Assembly: GCA_026770705.1 (NCBI GenBank)
Contig: JANJGN010000049.1
Location: 1,116,001-1,180,000 of the forward strand
DNA from: Isurus oxyrinchus
Lineage: Eukaryota
Direction: 5' to 3'
DNA: 64,000 nt
Positions within the stretch are counted from its first letter, which is position 1. Each line of letters starts with the position of its first letter. The notes under the pieces were generated by a model, which searched no databases, had not been told where the DNA came from, and saw nothing but the letters and a program-made list of their open reading frames with translations. Positions 23,881 to 37,639 of the stretch are shown here, piece by piece. Made by a program: the position numbers and the translations under genes.

Positions 23881-26199
23881 AGGCTGCGCATTCACCTTCT
23901 TCCCACGGGATGTACTTCATCGCCATCGCCCTCATCGCTTCAACGGGCAATCACTCAACAAATTCCTGAATGATTTCATTGAAAGGAAGCTATTGGGCAG
24001 TGAAATGCTCAAAGATGTATAAGTAAAGTAAAGAATTGTCCATGGATGACTAATTGGCATATGTCTCTCACTCACAGAGCATGGTGTTTCTGCACTCAGT
24101 CTACCCCACTCACTTCTTCATCCGGCTCTCCTCTTCCTCATGCACTATTGCTGTTTGTTCTAAGTTGATGACTGCTGCAGTGGGATTCCCTTCTGTTCCT
24201 AGCACGCGGCAATGTCTCGGAATTTCTCAGCATTAATTGAGGACCCGTAAGTGGCTGTACCCTCTCGGAAAATATATAATATTTTTATTCCAAATATTCG
24301 TCCTTGGCTGCACATGGCTGTTATACGGACTGTGGAGTGCAGGACGGGGGAAGTGTTGCATCGTGGAAGATTATTTCTCTAAAGGAGACCACGTCAACTG
24401 CCAATGGTTCTATTAGTTGAGATCGACACCCAAAATTATCAGGTGATTATCAGGTGAAGAGTTCCAACATACTCTGCATCCTGCATAAAATGTCCACCGC
24501 ATAGTTGGAAGTGCTAATGTTCCAAACGCTTCATTCTGTTTGAGAGTATGTTTTACACTGTTCATTACAGACATTTTAAACAGTGAATAAGTTCACAGAA
24601 TTTCATTTGTAGGACCAACTTCTGATCCTCAGTGAGACATAATCCGTGTTCTTGTTAGATTTCACACTTGTTGGATGCTTTATTTGTCTACTTCAATAGT
24701 TTCTATAGCTCTTCGATGATGGGTTTTCATTTTTGTGTGTTCCATTATTCTGTGTTATAGACAAGTTTTGATTTCCTTTTCATTCTCTGTTAAGTTTCAT
24801 GAGAATATATTTTATTCGCAAACCATTGGCTCAATTTCTTTTGAAACAGAATCATTATTTCAAACCCAAAATAACCGCCCATAGAATGAAAGATAATTTC
24901 CAACTGAGTATCAAGTCTCGAAGCTATACGTTTCACACACAACTGTAAAAAGAATGATTTTGTTTGAAGACAAGCAAGGCATTTTCCTGTTCTCAACCTA
25001 ACTCACACACATTGTCTCTGTCTCTCTCTCTCTCCCTTTCTCTATTGCAGCTAATTTGGCAGTGATCATGATCCTGCCTCGAAGAAGATGCGGCCTCTCT
25101 GGATGTATCACTTATGACGTGGTGTCCGTGGTGATGGATCTCCTGGTCATAGTTACAGCTGTAATATTGAACCGAATTGCTGGGATTTATTTCCCATTCA
25201 GCTTCCTCTCTGTCACACCAATGTGCAGTCTCCTTTCTGCACTAACTTTTGAAGCTATAGACAGTTCTGCCTGCTTAACAGTTGCTTTCACCTTTGATCG
25301 ATTTGTGGTCATTTGTTGCAGGGAGCTGACACGAAAATATTGCACCGAGAGGATGGAAGCATGAGTAAAAGGAATCGTATCCGCACTGAGCTGTGTAAAA
25401 AATGCTTTCTTGTATTTTATATAACAACCGAGATACACAATTAAAAATATACCCTGGTTCTGCACTGTAAAAATAATATTTTACAAGTCGCCAGCATGCG
25501 CCACATATGACTGGATTTGTTTCATTGTAACCCTTTTTCTCCCATTCATTCTGATCTTATTCCTAATGCTCTGACTGCCATGTACATTCTAGCGGCCAAT
25601 AGTGCCCGCAGGAGACTCTGTATCCAGAGTATTGGACAGAATCAGAGTGACCCAGAGATGGAGAAGCGGACAAAGTCCATACTTTTACTTTTTGCCATCT
25701 CGGGAAGTTTCATTCTTTTATATTTGCTCTTTTTTGCAACTATCCTCTATGTCCGAATTGCGAAAGTAATCTATTTCTCAGGATTCACTTCTACTCAAGG
25801 AACATTTACTCTTGAGGAAAAAAAGATTTATGCTTTAGTTATTGTCCTCCGGTATCAACCCGTTTATTTATTCAGGGACCCAGAGTAAATTCAGGGCCGA
25901 GTTAAAGAATGGGCTGAAATACCCACTGAACATTTTGATTAAATTATTTAAAATTGGATAGTAGGTAAATTCTGCTGAACTGTACGTTATTTCCCAATAC
26001 TTCATCTCCTACTCTGTGCCACGTAAGACCACGCATCCAAGATCCTCTCGGTTTCAAATCCATTCCCAATGTGTCAATATAAAAATGAATAAGGAAAACA
26101 GCATCACTGCAGGATTAAGTGAGAAAAATCATCACAATTAGTTTCCTGTTCTCTTACCGGTACTTACTCAGGCCTGGTGCATCCCAGCAGCCTCGATGG

Positions 26200-26545
26200 C
26201 ATCTTCCATCCATCCCTCCATCCATCCGTCTTTCGATCCTTCCTTCCTTCCTTCCTTCTGTCAATCAGTGCATCCCTCTATTCGACTATCTATCTATCCA
26301 TCTATCTATGTATCTATCTATCTATCTATATATATATATTTAGTTATCCATCTAACTCTCTATATGCCTATCTCTCTATCTATCAATCTCTCTATCTATT
26401 TGTCCATCTATCTGTCTATCAGTCTGTCTGCATGCCCATTTGTCTGCTCATCCATTAGCTAATCTATATACCTGCATGCCTCATTGTCTCTCTGTCTTTC
26501 TGCATGCCTCTGTGTTTGTTTGCTTTTTTGTCTTTATTGTGTTAT
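26200..26545. repeat. Compound tetranucleotide microsatellite (TCCA/TTCC/TATC/TGTC/TTTA)
   Basis: Directly visible simple repeats. Confidence 0.9.
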
Positions 26546-26559
26546 TTATTTATTTTTCA

Positions 26560-28060
26560 TGAGATTTGAGCATTCCTGTCGAGGGCACCACTCCGTTCCC
26601 ATCTCTGATTTTCCCTATCATGCCAGTGTTCTGTCTGTGCTTTTCACCTTCATTGTCTCTTCTATTGTTCACGAATAGGAATGCACAGCCTCTTCTATTC
26701 GTTCCAGACTTCCGCTGCAGCACCTGCATCTGTGGCCTTGCTGATGACTCCAGAGACACGTCATCAGTCTGAAGCTGAGCTGAACTCAACAGCCTTCCGA
26801 GTGTGAGTGGCCTCAACTGTCAAAGCCCCTCTCAGTGCTTTAATGAGTCTGCCGTTTCTTCTCGGAATTGCGACCCTGCTACTGCAGTCATTCCACCAAC
26901 CACCAAACTGAGAGTACCTGCTCTGCTGCATGGCGGTGGGGTGATGTGACGTGAACCCTGTGAGATCTCTTTTTCTTCCTCAGTGTTGGAGGAATGTTTC
27001 CCAGTCAACACAGTCTGGCTGCTCTCTTTCATGCTCTCCAAGATAAAGAAGAGAGATGAGAGAACAGCATTTCCATCTGACTACTCATCATTTGGAGCTC
27101 TGTCTGACCAGTCGAGCACATGTGGGCATGAAGTATTGTGCTCCATCCTTTGGGCATTCATTACTCAGGGGTTTCACACCCGCCACCACCATGAGTGAAT
27201 ATCCACCCTGCTTCCAGCTCCAGAACCTCTCTCTCCCCGCTTTGTGGGTGGCCATGCCTGGCACACCACATTCAGTTCTTGCCGTGTCCTATATGTTTTG
27301 AGCTACCTTTTCCTGCAGGCATGTAGCCTCCCATTCGTGATCGCCCATCAAAAACTGATTAAATGATCAAAATGGTGGATATGTAACATCCTATCATGGT
27401 ACCAATGGCGTGGCTCCTGCATTTCCATATTCAGCGCAGAGCAAGAATCACCAATGCCTCATTGGTTGTTTTCACAGAGAGGCTTACAGTCCTCCGGCAG
27501 CCAATGTTGATATCTGGGAATCCTTTGAATGGGCAGCCCCTTCATTGTTCCTCGGATTTATGGTTGAAGTTTTATTACTATTCAATTGCCTTGACAGCAA
27601 GCTTCGGCCCATCGATACTCTTTCATCATTGCAGCCACGTAAGTACATGGGATCATCAGAAAGCTTCTCAAGTCCTCCGCTATCGCCACGGTGCTCAGTT
27701 TGGCGAAGCAATCTCCTCCAGCTGCCCCCCGGGTTAACAGAACATTCCTCTGGGTCTAATGGCCTGATAGAGAACGACCAGGGGCGCATCATTGAGCCTA
27801 TGACGCAATCCTTCCCCTGCCATCTTCTATAACGCTACCAGTTGTGTTTCTTCCGATGCTGCTGCCTTTGAAAGTCCTGCTGGCTGCACTTAAACATGGA
27901 GCGAGCCTTGTGTTCGACGGTACTTCCAGCCACAAACGAGGCTTAACTGCCCGAGTCCCCCACATTGCAAGTGTTAATTAAATGGCCTGAGAAGATCACG
28001 TTCCCACTTCTACACCTGTGCCTCCCCTTTGTGGCCACTGACAAAACCCTGGCCATCACA
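26560..28060 (-). mobile_element. Decayed PIF/Harbinger-like DNA element (Myb/SANT-like remnant)
   Basis: Minus strand from 27823 reads MAGEGLRHRLNDAPLVVLYQAIRPRG, then EEIA, resembling the Harbinger-associated Myb/SANT start. Homologous to about 44870-45060. Confidence 0.45.
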
Positions 28061-29949
28061 ACATGAAGCACCTTTTCTCAGCAGGGGACTGGGTGATTGT
28101 GATTTCGATCAAATTTCGCTTTTGCTTTCGTGCCCCTCATCCAACACTATCAGACAAAGAGAATATTTCTAGAAATGAAAAATCAGATTCCATGTTTAAA
28201 TATAATTCTGAAATTTTTACCTGCGACTTTCTGAATCTGTATTTCTCTTTTAACTCTGTGATTAGATTACAATGCGTTTCAATAACGTGAAAATACTCCC
28301 CTTGGTGTCAGGCGCATGCTGAGTTAAATGGCTTTCTATTTTAATTTCCAAAAATCTAATCGAGTCTCTTGCATGCATTACAAGGTATAAAATGTGCCAC
28401 TCGCCAACACTATCGAATGCCACTGTTCAAGTTATCCTTTGTATGTGGAGATGAATCTTGGAAAAGCAATACAGTGTGTCCAGAGGACAGACTGGTGAAT
28501 TAGAAATTTCGGTTTAACGCCCGCGGGGAAAATGTCCAATCGCACTGGTAATGCTTCAGACAAGGTTAGGTTATACATCTTGTGATAGTTTCAGGTCGCT
28601 GCCCGAACTGAGGTTCCATTGGTGAGTTCCTACCTAGCGAGGTCATCCCCTGGTCAGTCTGCGGAAAGGAATTCACCCAGTCCCCTAAACTTCTGAGACA
28701 CGAACTGTTCCTTTCAGGAGATTGTTTTTGCGATTGTATGACTTCTTAAAGAGCTACTTGAGTTGTTTGTAGAACATAAAGAGAATGTACAACATTCTAG
28801 TATTTGTTAGCTGAAGACAGTTTAGAGACCCGACCCTTTGGGACACACTTTTTGGGAACACTAAACGAGTGAAATTGCAATTGAGCAGCATCTGAGAACT
28901 CAAGAAACCATAACAACTGCTGCATCTACATCAGGCAAAGAGATGATGCAGAAAGAAAGATTCCATACTTGTAAATAATTCCTGAGGCTTCTTTAGGCAC
29001 CTGTCGATTCTGCATTTTTTCTATAACTCCATTACAGCAGTGACAACACTTCAAAAGTACTTACTTGGCTGTTCAGCAATTTGAATTTCTGAGTTAATGA
29101 ACGGCGCTATGTAAATGTAATTTTTGTTTTCTATCAGTCACTATAAATAAACAAATGGATGGAATTATGAAATCTAGCTACACCTTCCAGTCTCTGGCTG
29201 TCTGTGTCTCAGTGGGTGTATTTGTGTATTAGCTGTCTGCACCTCTCTCTCCCTTTCGGCAGATCACTGTCATTCTGTCTGTGTCCCTAACTCTGTTTTT
29301 CCCACTCGCTTTTCTTCTCTTTCCTTGATGTCCCCAAGTGATGCAAACTCTCCCTTTGCTATTAGTCATTTAACAAAGGATTGTTTCCAGCTCGATTTGT
29401 GCTCTGACGCTTCTGTAAGAAAACCATAATGGTGCAATAGGTTAGTTCAGCTTTAATACACTGATGAAGAACTACATCTATTACTGGTGATTCTGTCTTC
29501 AGCTCGCTGATGAACAAGGAATTATTTTGACGTGTAAAATTGCATTTATATTTCTTGTGTAAATTTTACAGAACGAAACAGATGGTTAAATATGCAAGAG
29601 GACTATGTGTCTGTGGTTTTTACCTCAGTGAACTCCGTTAAACACTAAAACTTAAGCAAAAGATTTGGCAAATTTATTGCAGGCGGGTGGGCTAACGGGA
29701 GTATGGACATTAAGCTGCTTTTATGTAGGGTCTTGTTAACAATGTATTTGCGGTACTCCATTCAGCTTTGTTCTCCTTACCTAGGGAGGGATATAATTAC
29801 CATAAGTTGCTGCAACTGGGTACACTGAAGTCAGTAAAAGGCACAGAGGGCAATCCGGCCATCCGGACTATGCTGGGCGTACGCAGAGCAATTCCATCAG
29901 TTTAATCTCCCCATTCTATCCCGTAACCCTGTAATTTGTTTCTTCCTTA

Positions 29950-30335
29950 AGTGTCCAACATCATTATAATCATCATTAGTATTGTCATCCAAATCATCAT
30001 CAGCACCATCATATTCAGCACCCTCATACACATCATCCTCATCATCATCATTATTATTATCCTCACCCACATGAACATCACCATCATCATCAGCATCGCT
30101 ACTATTATCATCATCCTGAGCATCAACATTATCATTACCATTATCATCCTTATCACTGTCGTCTTCTTGCTCTTCTTCTTCTTCGTCTTGCTCTTCTTCT
30201 TCTTCTTCGTCTTGCTCTTCCTCTTCTTCTTCATCTTGCTCTTCTTTTTCTTCTTGCTCTTCATCTTCTTCTTATTATTATTAGTAGTAGTAGTATTACT
30301 ATTATCATCATTATTCTTTCTTCTTCTTCCTCTCC
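29950..30335. repeat. Compound trinucleotide low-complexity tract (ATC/CTT/ATT/AGT)
   Basis: Directly visible. It explains the two spurious long ORFs. Confidence 0.92.
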
Positions 30336-30849
30336 ATGTAGTCACCCACTTCTCTTGCACTGCCACTGCCCTTATGTCTCTCACATCTGTATCTTTCCAT
30401 CTGATCTTGATCATTTATTTTCCCTTTGTTTCCCACAGTCCAACCAACAACACTAAGGTCACCATGCGTCCTCTTGCCCAACGTGACTGCACAATTTCAA
30501 CGATGACCATGTGAACTCAGTATCTTCTTGCCTTTTTTCTCCAATTCCTCCAGAATCTGCAGTGACCTCTGATCCTGTACTTCCTTATCACTTCAAACAT
30601 CCATCTCCACACCTGCAACACAGTCGTTTTTCCTCACTTCCTGAAGTTACCTAGTATTTCGCAGGACATAAAAAGTAAGAGTCTTCAATTTCCTATATTC
30701 TATACTCAACCTTGTTCTCAATCATTTTCTTCCTGACATTTGCCATACGCAAACGTTTTATTTTCATCTTAATGTATATCTATTTTTTTCTTATGGGTAT
30801 TCTGGCCTTGCTTGATGAAATTCCTATTTGATAAATAGTACCTTCACAC

Positions 30850-31900
30850 TCCCTGAAATACTCATCTTTGAAGGTATCCAATTGTTCAGTTAGCGTTTCT
30901 CCCGACAACCTTTGGCTCCAACTTACACCATTCAAATCACTGCTTACCCAATTGAAGCTGACTTTCCCCCAGTTAATTAGTCTTACTCTGGATTATTCAG
31001 TGTTCGTTTCGAAAGTCAGCCGAAATCTTACTATACTGTGAACATTCTCCATTAAACATTCTCCCACTGACACTTGATCCAATTGCCCACCTCATTTCCA
31101 ACAACCGGATCAAGCAGCAACATATTTCTGAATGCAGCAGAAACGAATGCTGTAGAAAATAATACCTGAAGAAAGTCTGGAAATAATTGCCCACCATCCC
31201 ACACCAGAGCCCCTCCCCCGCAAACCCAGTTTAATTAATGCTACTACTATCCCAGCATATATTCGGATGTTTAAAGTTCACCTTTATATCTGCCCTATAA
31301 ATTCCTTGATAATTTATTCCGATACACCCTTTCCACCCTTCCCAATGGTGTCTCATTGACCAATGGAATTGTACCTTTATTTTTTTTGTTACCTTGATCT
31401 AACCAAATAGATGCTGTAATGACCAGCCCAGGACAGTCTCTTTCGCCAGCACTGCAATGTTCCCGCCGCAGTCCTGGCCACTCTGCTAGTTCAACTCCCA
31501 TCGCTTCTTGGTTCAACTGCTCTCTGAAAGCTCGCCTTCCTTATGACTTCTTGGCTAGCTGAATAATCGCCCTTTTTTTGGACACTCTGGTCGTTCGAAA
31601 AATCGCCACTTTCCTGGCTCATTTTGCAGAACTCAAGCCACTTTCATGGATCATCCATCCCCGTAACATTTCGTAGTATTTTTTCCCCAGTGACAGTGAT
31701 TGCTGAAGTTGCACCTGCAACTTTGCCCCATGAATTTCTTAGATTATGAGTCTCCTCTACTATAATGGCAGATGCAAAATATCTGTTCCAGTTTTCTGTC
31801 ATTTCCTTGTTATTGAGTCAGTCTGGTCCACGAGGGAACGCAACACTTACTTTAGCTCAGCACTTCATTTTTAGATGTTTGTAGATGTCTTCCTTCTTTT
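30850..31900 (-). mobile_element. Old CR1 LINE endonuclease-region fragments
   Basis: Similar to 20440-21100, e.g. GCTGACTTTCCCCAGTTAATTAGTCTTACTCT and ACTTGATCCAATTGCCCACCTC. Confidence 0.55.
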
Positions 31901-32884
31901 CTCTGTGTACATTTCTTGATAGTTAAATGCAATATTACAAATTATTGAACTTGATCATGTTATTATTTTCAACGTTTGCTGCTTTCCTTGTTTCCCCCAG
32001 TCTTCTGGCTGACCACTCAACTTCACAGCATTGCCCACCTTTACATTACATCTTATATTGTCTTTAACTTGCTTAGTTTGTTGTGTTTTGTGGTTTTCTC
32101 GTGGATTTTTCTTCTCTTTTTCAGTGGAATACAACTTTATTGAGAATTATTCAATCCCTTTCCAATGTCTGTCACCACTACTCCCCCTTCTTATTTCCGA
32201 ATCCACTCTAGCCTTCATAACATTCTAATTGCGTTTTTAAAAAATTTATATTTAAGACGCTCGTTTCGGACCATTGTTTTTCACCTTCAAATTAACTGTG
32301 AAACCTTGCCATTTTATGATCAGCCTTGTCCTTGGGATCATGCATATGTTGTCAAAACAATATTTCATTACAAACGTGCATTAAATCAGTATGGTGAAGG
32401 TGGGCTGACATTGGATAAAAATCTTCCAATCCAACATTGGAGAAACACTGGAAAGAGAAATAACCGGTTGCACTTTTTGGCATCTTCAAAATAACAAAAT
32501 GTGCTACTTCATAACAGAAACATTGGAAAGCAAACATGGTAATTAAATAGGTTCGATTCACTAAATACACAACTATGCAAAAATCAAATACAGCGAATCC
32601 AATTATTCCAAGCATAATTGCTTTTGTTCTGAAATAATGCAGTTTTTTTTAATCGATCAATATCTTAGCCTCTGTAATGATCCAAGCTGATGCTATTTGC
32701 GGCTACATTTTCTGTTCCCAGAAAAATATTAGGAACACTCTGAGCCATTTTTGAATTCCAACCCATGTATTGCTTCACAGCAAAATTTGTACCTATGCAC
32801 AGTAGCTCCAAGTCCTCGTTTCTTTAAACATCACAGACCCCAATTAAATTGAAGGATTTTTAAATGCCGCAACAGCCCTCATTT

Positions 32885-35800
32885 CCTTCTGATCCCAACT
32901 AATTTTACTACTGGGCAAGTCAACCCCCAGGGTGGAAGCTGGCTTGATATATATTTTTTTTGTGGAGTGTACTTACTGGAAGAAAATCACAGGAGTCTCC
33001 GATAGATTTTTTTTAACAAAACTATAAAACATTCATTAACCAGAAACATTGACTATATTACAGTAGGCAACAGAAAGCTTAGAAATGCTTCAACACAGAC
33101 ATCGAGGAAAAAAGATTCAAACTCATGCAATTCCTTTTTATCCTGGAATTTCAAACAGACCCAAAACACTAGTGAAGAGGTACGCCTATTTCCACATCAA
33201 GGCTAGAGGCGGTTCAGTTGCAAAGAGGTTTATCTTCTTTTAGACTTCTGAACATTCATTAGAATGCCTTCCACAATTGCTTTCTCCCTTGAGATATCCA
33301 GAAAACGCGCCAAGATTGACTATACTTTAAATATTGAACCATGTACATGAGTACCTTCAATTCATTTGCTCGGCTGTCTGTCATCATTTCGAGCAAGACA
33401 CTGAGTCTGAAACATTTTTTGTCTGTTTCCGGTAGGATTCACACACCAAGTGAACTAAAACATTCCATTCCTTGCCTCCCCCTGACTCTCTGATGCGTTC
33501 TTTCCCATCCATCCCCTGTTGTTCGTTACCAGCACACTATTCGTTCGTACCTTTCTTGCTGCTTCAACTTTCCTGAAATTTTAAATCCAGGGTAACCAAA
33601 CTCTTCACTTCAATGGTCATAGAACCTGATTAAAAATGTCTTTATACCTAAAGGGCCTGGAGACGTCTTGGTCCCTAAAAAACGAAAAAGCTAAACTGAA
33701 ACCAAGCCGAGGTTTCAGCTTTCTTAAACATGTTTTATTTAAATATTAAACTTAAAGTTATATCCTAACATCTCCCCACAAAAAATGAAAATTTATTTTT
33801 CAGAAACATTTTCGTTTTAAATTACCACCTGCTCTTAATACCAATCCCATCTTATTTAGCAGATTTCACTCTAGCTCTGGCAATGTATTTATAAAAAAAA
33901 TAATATTTTTCCATAAGAATCAACTACTGCACAAGCCCATTTTGATCACGATGTTCATCTTCCTCCATATGTGCTGTTGTTAAAGCACCTGTTTCTTTAT
34001 TGTCTCTTCCCACTGCTTGAATGCCTTGTCAAATGTTATATTTGTCGCACTAAACCCCGCCGCAATTGTGTCAGATTCTTGTTATGAAACTGTGGTAAAG
34101 TGGTTAAAGCATTATGGTTCATACATGAAAAAGTCGCTGCAGATCTGCTGAAATATGGCTTTTAAAGTGTTCTATCGCCAAGATGAAACGCAGACTCTCC
34201 TTTTCGATAGTTGAGTATTTCTTACGAAACGAATTTAACTTTCCAGAGATGTAACTGACTGATCCACATATCGTCCCCCTGTACCAAAACTGCACCAGCA
34301 TCCATGTTGGGGGCATGAACAGCCAATTTAAATGACTTGGAACAATTTGGTGCTGCTAAAACCAGTGCAATGGTTAGTACAGTTTTCAAGCTATCAAAGA
34401 CACTCTGAGACTCCTCTGGTAATTCAAACATTTTGCCATTCTTCAAGAATCCTTTTAGAAAAGCCCCTAAGGTGCTGAAATTCCGAATAAATCTACCCTG
34501 CCTGTATACACAAAATCCTCCTCTTTGTTTTAGAAATTGGAAAATCGAAGAAAGCCTTTATTTTTGCTTGTCTAGCTGTTACTTGGCATTGACAAACAAT
34601 TTAGACCACAAATGCCACTCGTGCTTTGGCAAATTCACGCTTTGCAAAACTTATGACCAAATTGGCTCTTTGTAATCCATCATTTTTTTTCTCAAGTTTT
34701 GTAAATGTTATTCTAAATTATGGCCTAACATAAATATTTAATCAATATATACAACAACATAGTATGCATGTTGTCCTTTTGACTAACTAGTATACAGATT
34801 CATTGCAGTACCTGTCACGATCATTATAACGTCAAACCCCAAATACCTTCTAGCAACTTAAACTTCACAGCTGCCTTTTCAAATGAAGTGAAACTACTAT
34901 TAGCCAAATCCTGTAAATGTAAATTTAGCCACGTGCAGAAGATTTCCAGTTAAATCAAATTCCTCGGAGGAATCAACATCATCCTCTGAAAGGCTATCCA
35001 GCCTTTCTTCCTTTATTCAAACCTAATCTCCATTTAATCATGCTTTGTGAGCTCTTCCTCTTTTGGAAACTCAAGTTCAAGATATTGTATTTTCATTTTT
35101 TCAATCTTTGCTTTGCTCCTAGTTACAATCAGGGTTTTTCTATTTCATTCCTCCTCCCTTTTCCAATTCGAGATTGTTTTTTTCATGTCCGTTGATTTTG
35201 CTTTTCCCCTTTCTCTCATTTTCCTTTCTTTCAGATTCATTTTTTGCTAATTTCCCTGTATTTCTATAATTAGAGGTTTTTCATTTCTCTTTCTCGTTTT
35301 CTTCTAATCCAAATCTGCTCATTTCTCTTTCAGTTTATTTTTCCTCCAATGCAAGTTCTTTTTTGTTCATCTGTGTAGGAATCTTATCTAACTGTTGCTG
35401 TGATAGATCATTTTAATTCTAAATGCCGGTTAAGTGCTTTAATCATATCATCTTTACAAAATGCTGGTTTTCTTTCTGCATTATATTGATGAGTTAACTC
35501 TGTCAGTGTAGTCTTAGTTAAGGATGTTCAATAATCCACAGTTACATCTTCTGTTCCTAAAAGAAATTAGCAACAATCAAGGCAAACATTGAATTCCAAT
35601 CTGTGCATTAATTTACAGCAAATCTTGCAGAGTACCTCAGCTCCCTCGTTTCTTTAAGGGTTCAAAGATCCCACATAAATTCAAGAATTTTTAATTCTGC
35701 TAGAGCCCTCACTTTCTTATGACCCCAACTGATGTTATTACGTGACATGTTAGATTCAACAATGGAATTTGGCTTCAGAGACCTTAATTTTTTTTTTTAA

Positions 35801-36620
35801 CTGTGGGAAGTACGTTTTGAAAGAGATTCGCAGGAGTCTGCTGTTGACTTTTTTTACAAAACGCTTAAAAGTTCTTAAATAAGCAACATTAACTAAAGTA
35901 CATTAGTCAACGAAAAATGTTGGAGATATTTGAACACAAGCACCAAGGAAAAATATTTAAAATCCCGCCATCCTATTTATGCCAGCCATACCCCATACGG
36001 ACAGAACATTCCAGTACCACGATTCCCGCAATAAGGCTAACACTGGTTCAGTTGCAAAGAGTTTATTTTCTAGTAGACTTCGAAAAGCTCATTCGATTTT
36101 TTTTCCACGATTCGTATCTACCTTGCGTTATCCACGAAACTCACTTTAAATTGAAAATTACTCAGTTTTATACCAATACGTTTCAACTCCTTAGACTCCT
36201 TTCCCCAAACACCTGGCAGCTTATCCTACTGGAGAGAGAGTCTTAGCTATTTCCTACCTTCACGTTGTTGTATACCTACCAACTGAACTAATATCTGCAT
36301 TTGTCTATGGGGCTCACTCTGATCCCCTGTTGTCGGGCAATACCAGTTTTTTATTTCACTACTTTTTCTGTTTGTTTCAACTTTCTTAAAGTACCAACCG
36401 CTTTTTAATGCATCTCTTCAAATCAAGAGTCGGAAATCTCACTAAAAAATGCATGTGTACATAGAGGGCCTGGAGACTTCCTGGCTACATCTGAAAAAGA
36501 ATCTCTAACATGAAAACAAACCCAGGTTTCACCTTTCTCTACACCCGAATAAAAATTGAACTGAAAGCTATGCCTTGTTCCTAACATCAACAAATACAAA
36601 CATACCTTACTTAAACCTAT
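32885..36620 (-). mobile_element. Internally deleted Ty3/Gypsy LTR retrotransposon relic (LTRs about 32885-33790 and 35715-36620)
   Basis: Two diverged direct repeats of about 900 bp share GCAGGAGTCT..TTTTT.ACAAAAC and AGGGCCTGGAGAC...AGGTTTCA.CTTTCT. Internal RT/RNase H remnants: FDSLKTVLT-ALVLAAPN-SKSFKLAV-A-GAVL and KYSTIEKE. A degenerate PBS-like sequence lies at about 35702-35713. Confidence 0.75.
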
Positions 36621-36879
36621 ATTTGGTTCTTAACACATATCAGCATCAATTGTATTTTAAGCATTAGTTCATTTCCACAACCAATAATTCATGCAGGCAA
36701 ATATTGTCTTAATATCACTGACTGCTAATACTGGGCCCAAGGTAACTTTACACCATTACTGACATTGCAACAAAATGGATTTGTAAAGTTCCCTTTTTGA
36801 AATTCAAGCTGATGGTTTGTTTTCATGCAACGTCGGAGTTGCATTTGTGAAGACAACATCCACTTCTATATTTGTATTA

Positions 36880-37100
36880 CAGAGACAAAAATACCTGGAA
36901 AAACTCAGCGAGTCTTACACCATCTGCCGAGAGTAATACAGTTGATGTTCCGAGTCCATATGATTCTTCATCTGATGAAGAGTCATACGGACTCGAAATG
37001 TCAACTGTATTAATCTCGGCAGATGCTGTCAGACCTGCTGTTTGTCCAGGCATTTTTGATTTTGTTTCAGATTTCAGCATCCGCAGTATTTTGCGTTTAC
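36880..37100. mobile_element. Penelope-derived palindrome with a minimal hammerhead-like core
   Basis: Arms of about 85 bp are inverted about 36972. CTGATGA-A-GAGTC-ATACG-GACTC-GAAA at 36972-36998. Confidence 0.78.
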
Positions 37101-37639
37101 ATGTGTATTGTTGTCTGAAACTATGGGAAGTGATGGCAGAGGCTCCAAAGTTCTTTCCATCACATAACTGACCAAAATAATCTCCCGATTTACTTTTGCC
37201 ATTGTTGTGCATGGAAGCGTTTGCAGTTTGCTAGTCAATTTGTTTGGCTGCATAATGAACTGCCCTCCTTTACCCATCAAAGCCAGTGGGAGGACGGAGC
37301 TGGAGGTGTTTTTTTTTTTGCCGTTCGGTCACAACAGCGACTGCTTGAAGGCTGGGACGTTACCTATTATATTAAGGTTCATTTCCGAGTTTAAACCAAT
37401 TGACAGTCGAGGAGCCAGTTCCAAACTCATTGAACGATTTGAAAAGGCAGATTCGCTAAAACTGACTTGGAAATTCATTTCTTGTTATTTGACAAAAAGC
37501 ATGATTTGAACTGTGATTCCCCACGCAGCCATAATCCCGATATACAAATACAAAATTTCATTATTTGCTACATTTGTAACATTCTATGTGACATTAAAGA
37601 GAAGTTGGGGCTGGTCGTGTCTAATGGCATGTTATAGCC

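Larger units (their letters stand above)
22702..25961 (+). pseudogene. GPR139-like GPCR copy 2, pseudogene (exon 1 22702-22771, exon 2 25051-25961)
   Basis: Exon 1 MHGLPKGLLFAIYCPAIAAIGVP with GT donor; exon 2 retains FTFDRFV. In-frame stops at 25362 (TGA) and 25422 (TAA); frameshifts near 25562 and 25820. Confidence 0.92.

Noticed and set aside
26177-26462. ORFs downstream of copy 2
   Set aside because: Translation of tetranucleotide microsatellites.
29947-30514. Long hydrophobic and lysine-rich ORFs
   Set aside because: Translation of trinucleotide microsatellites.
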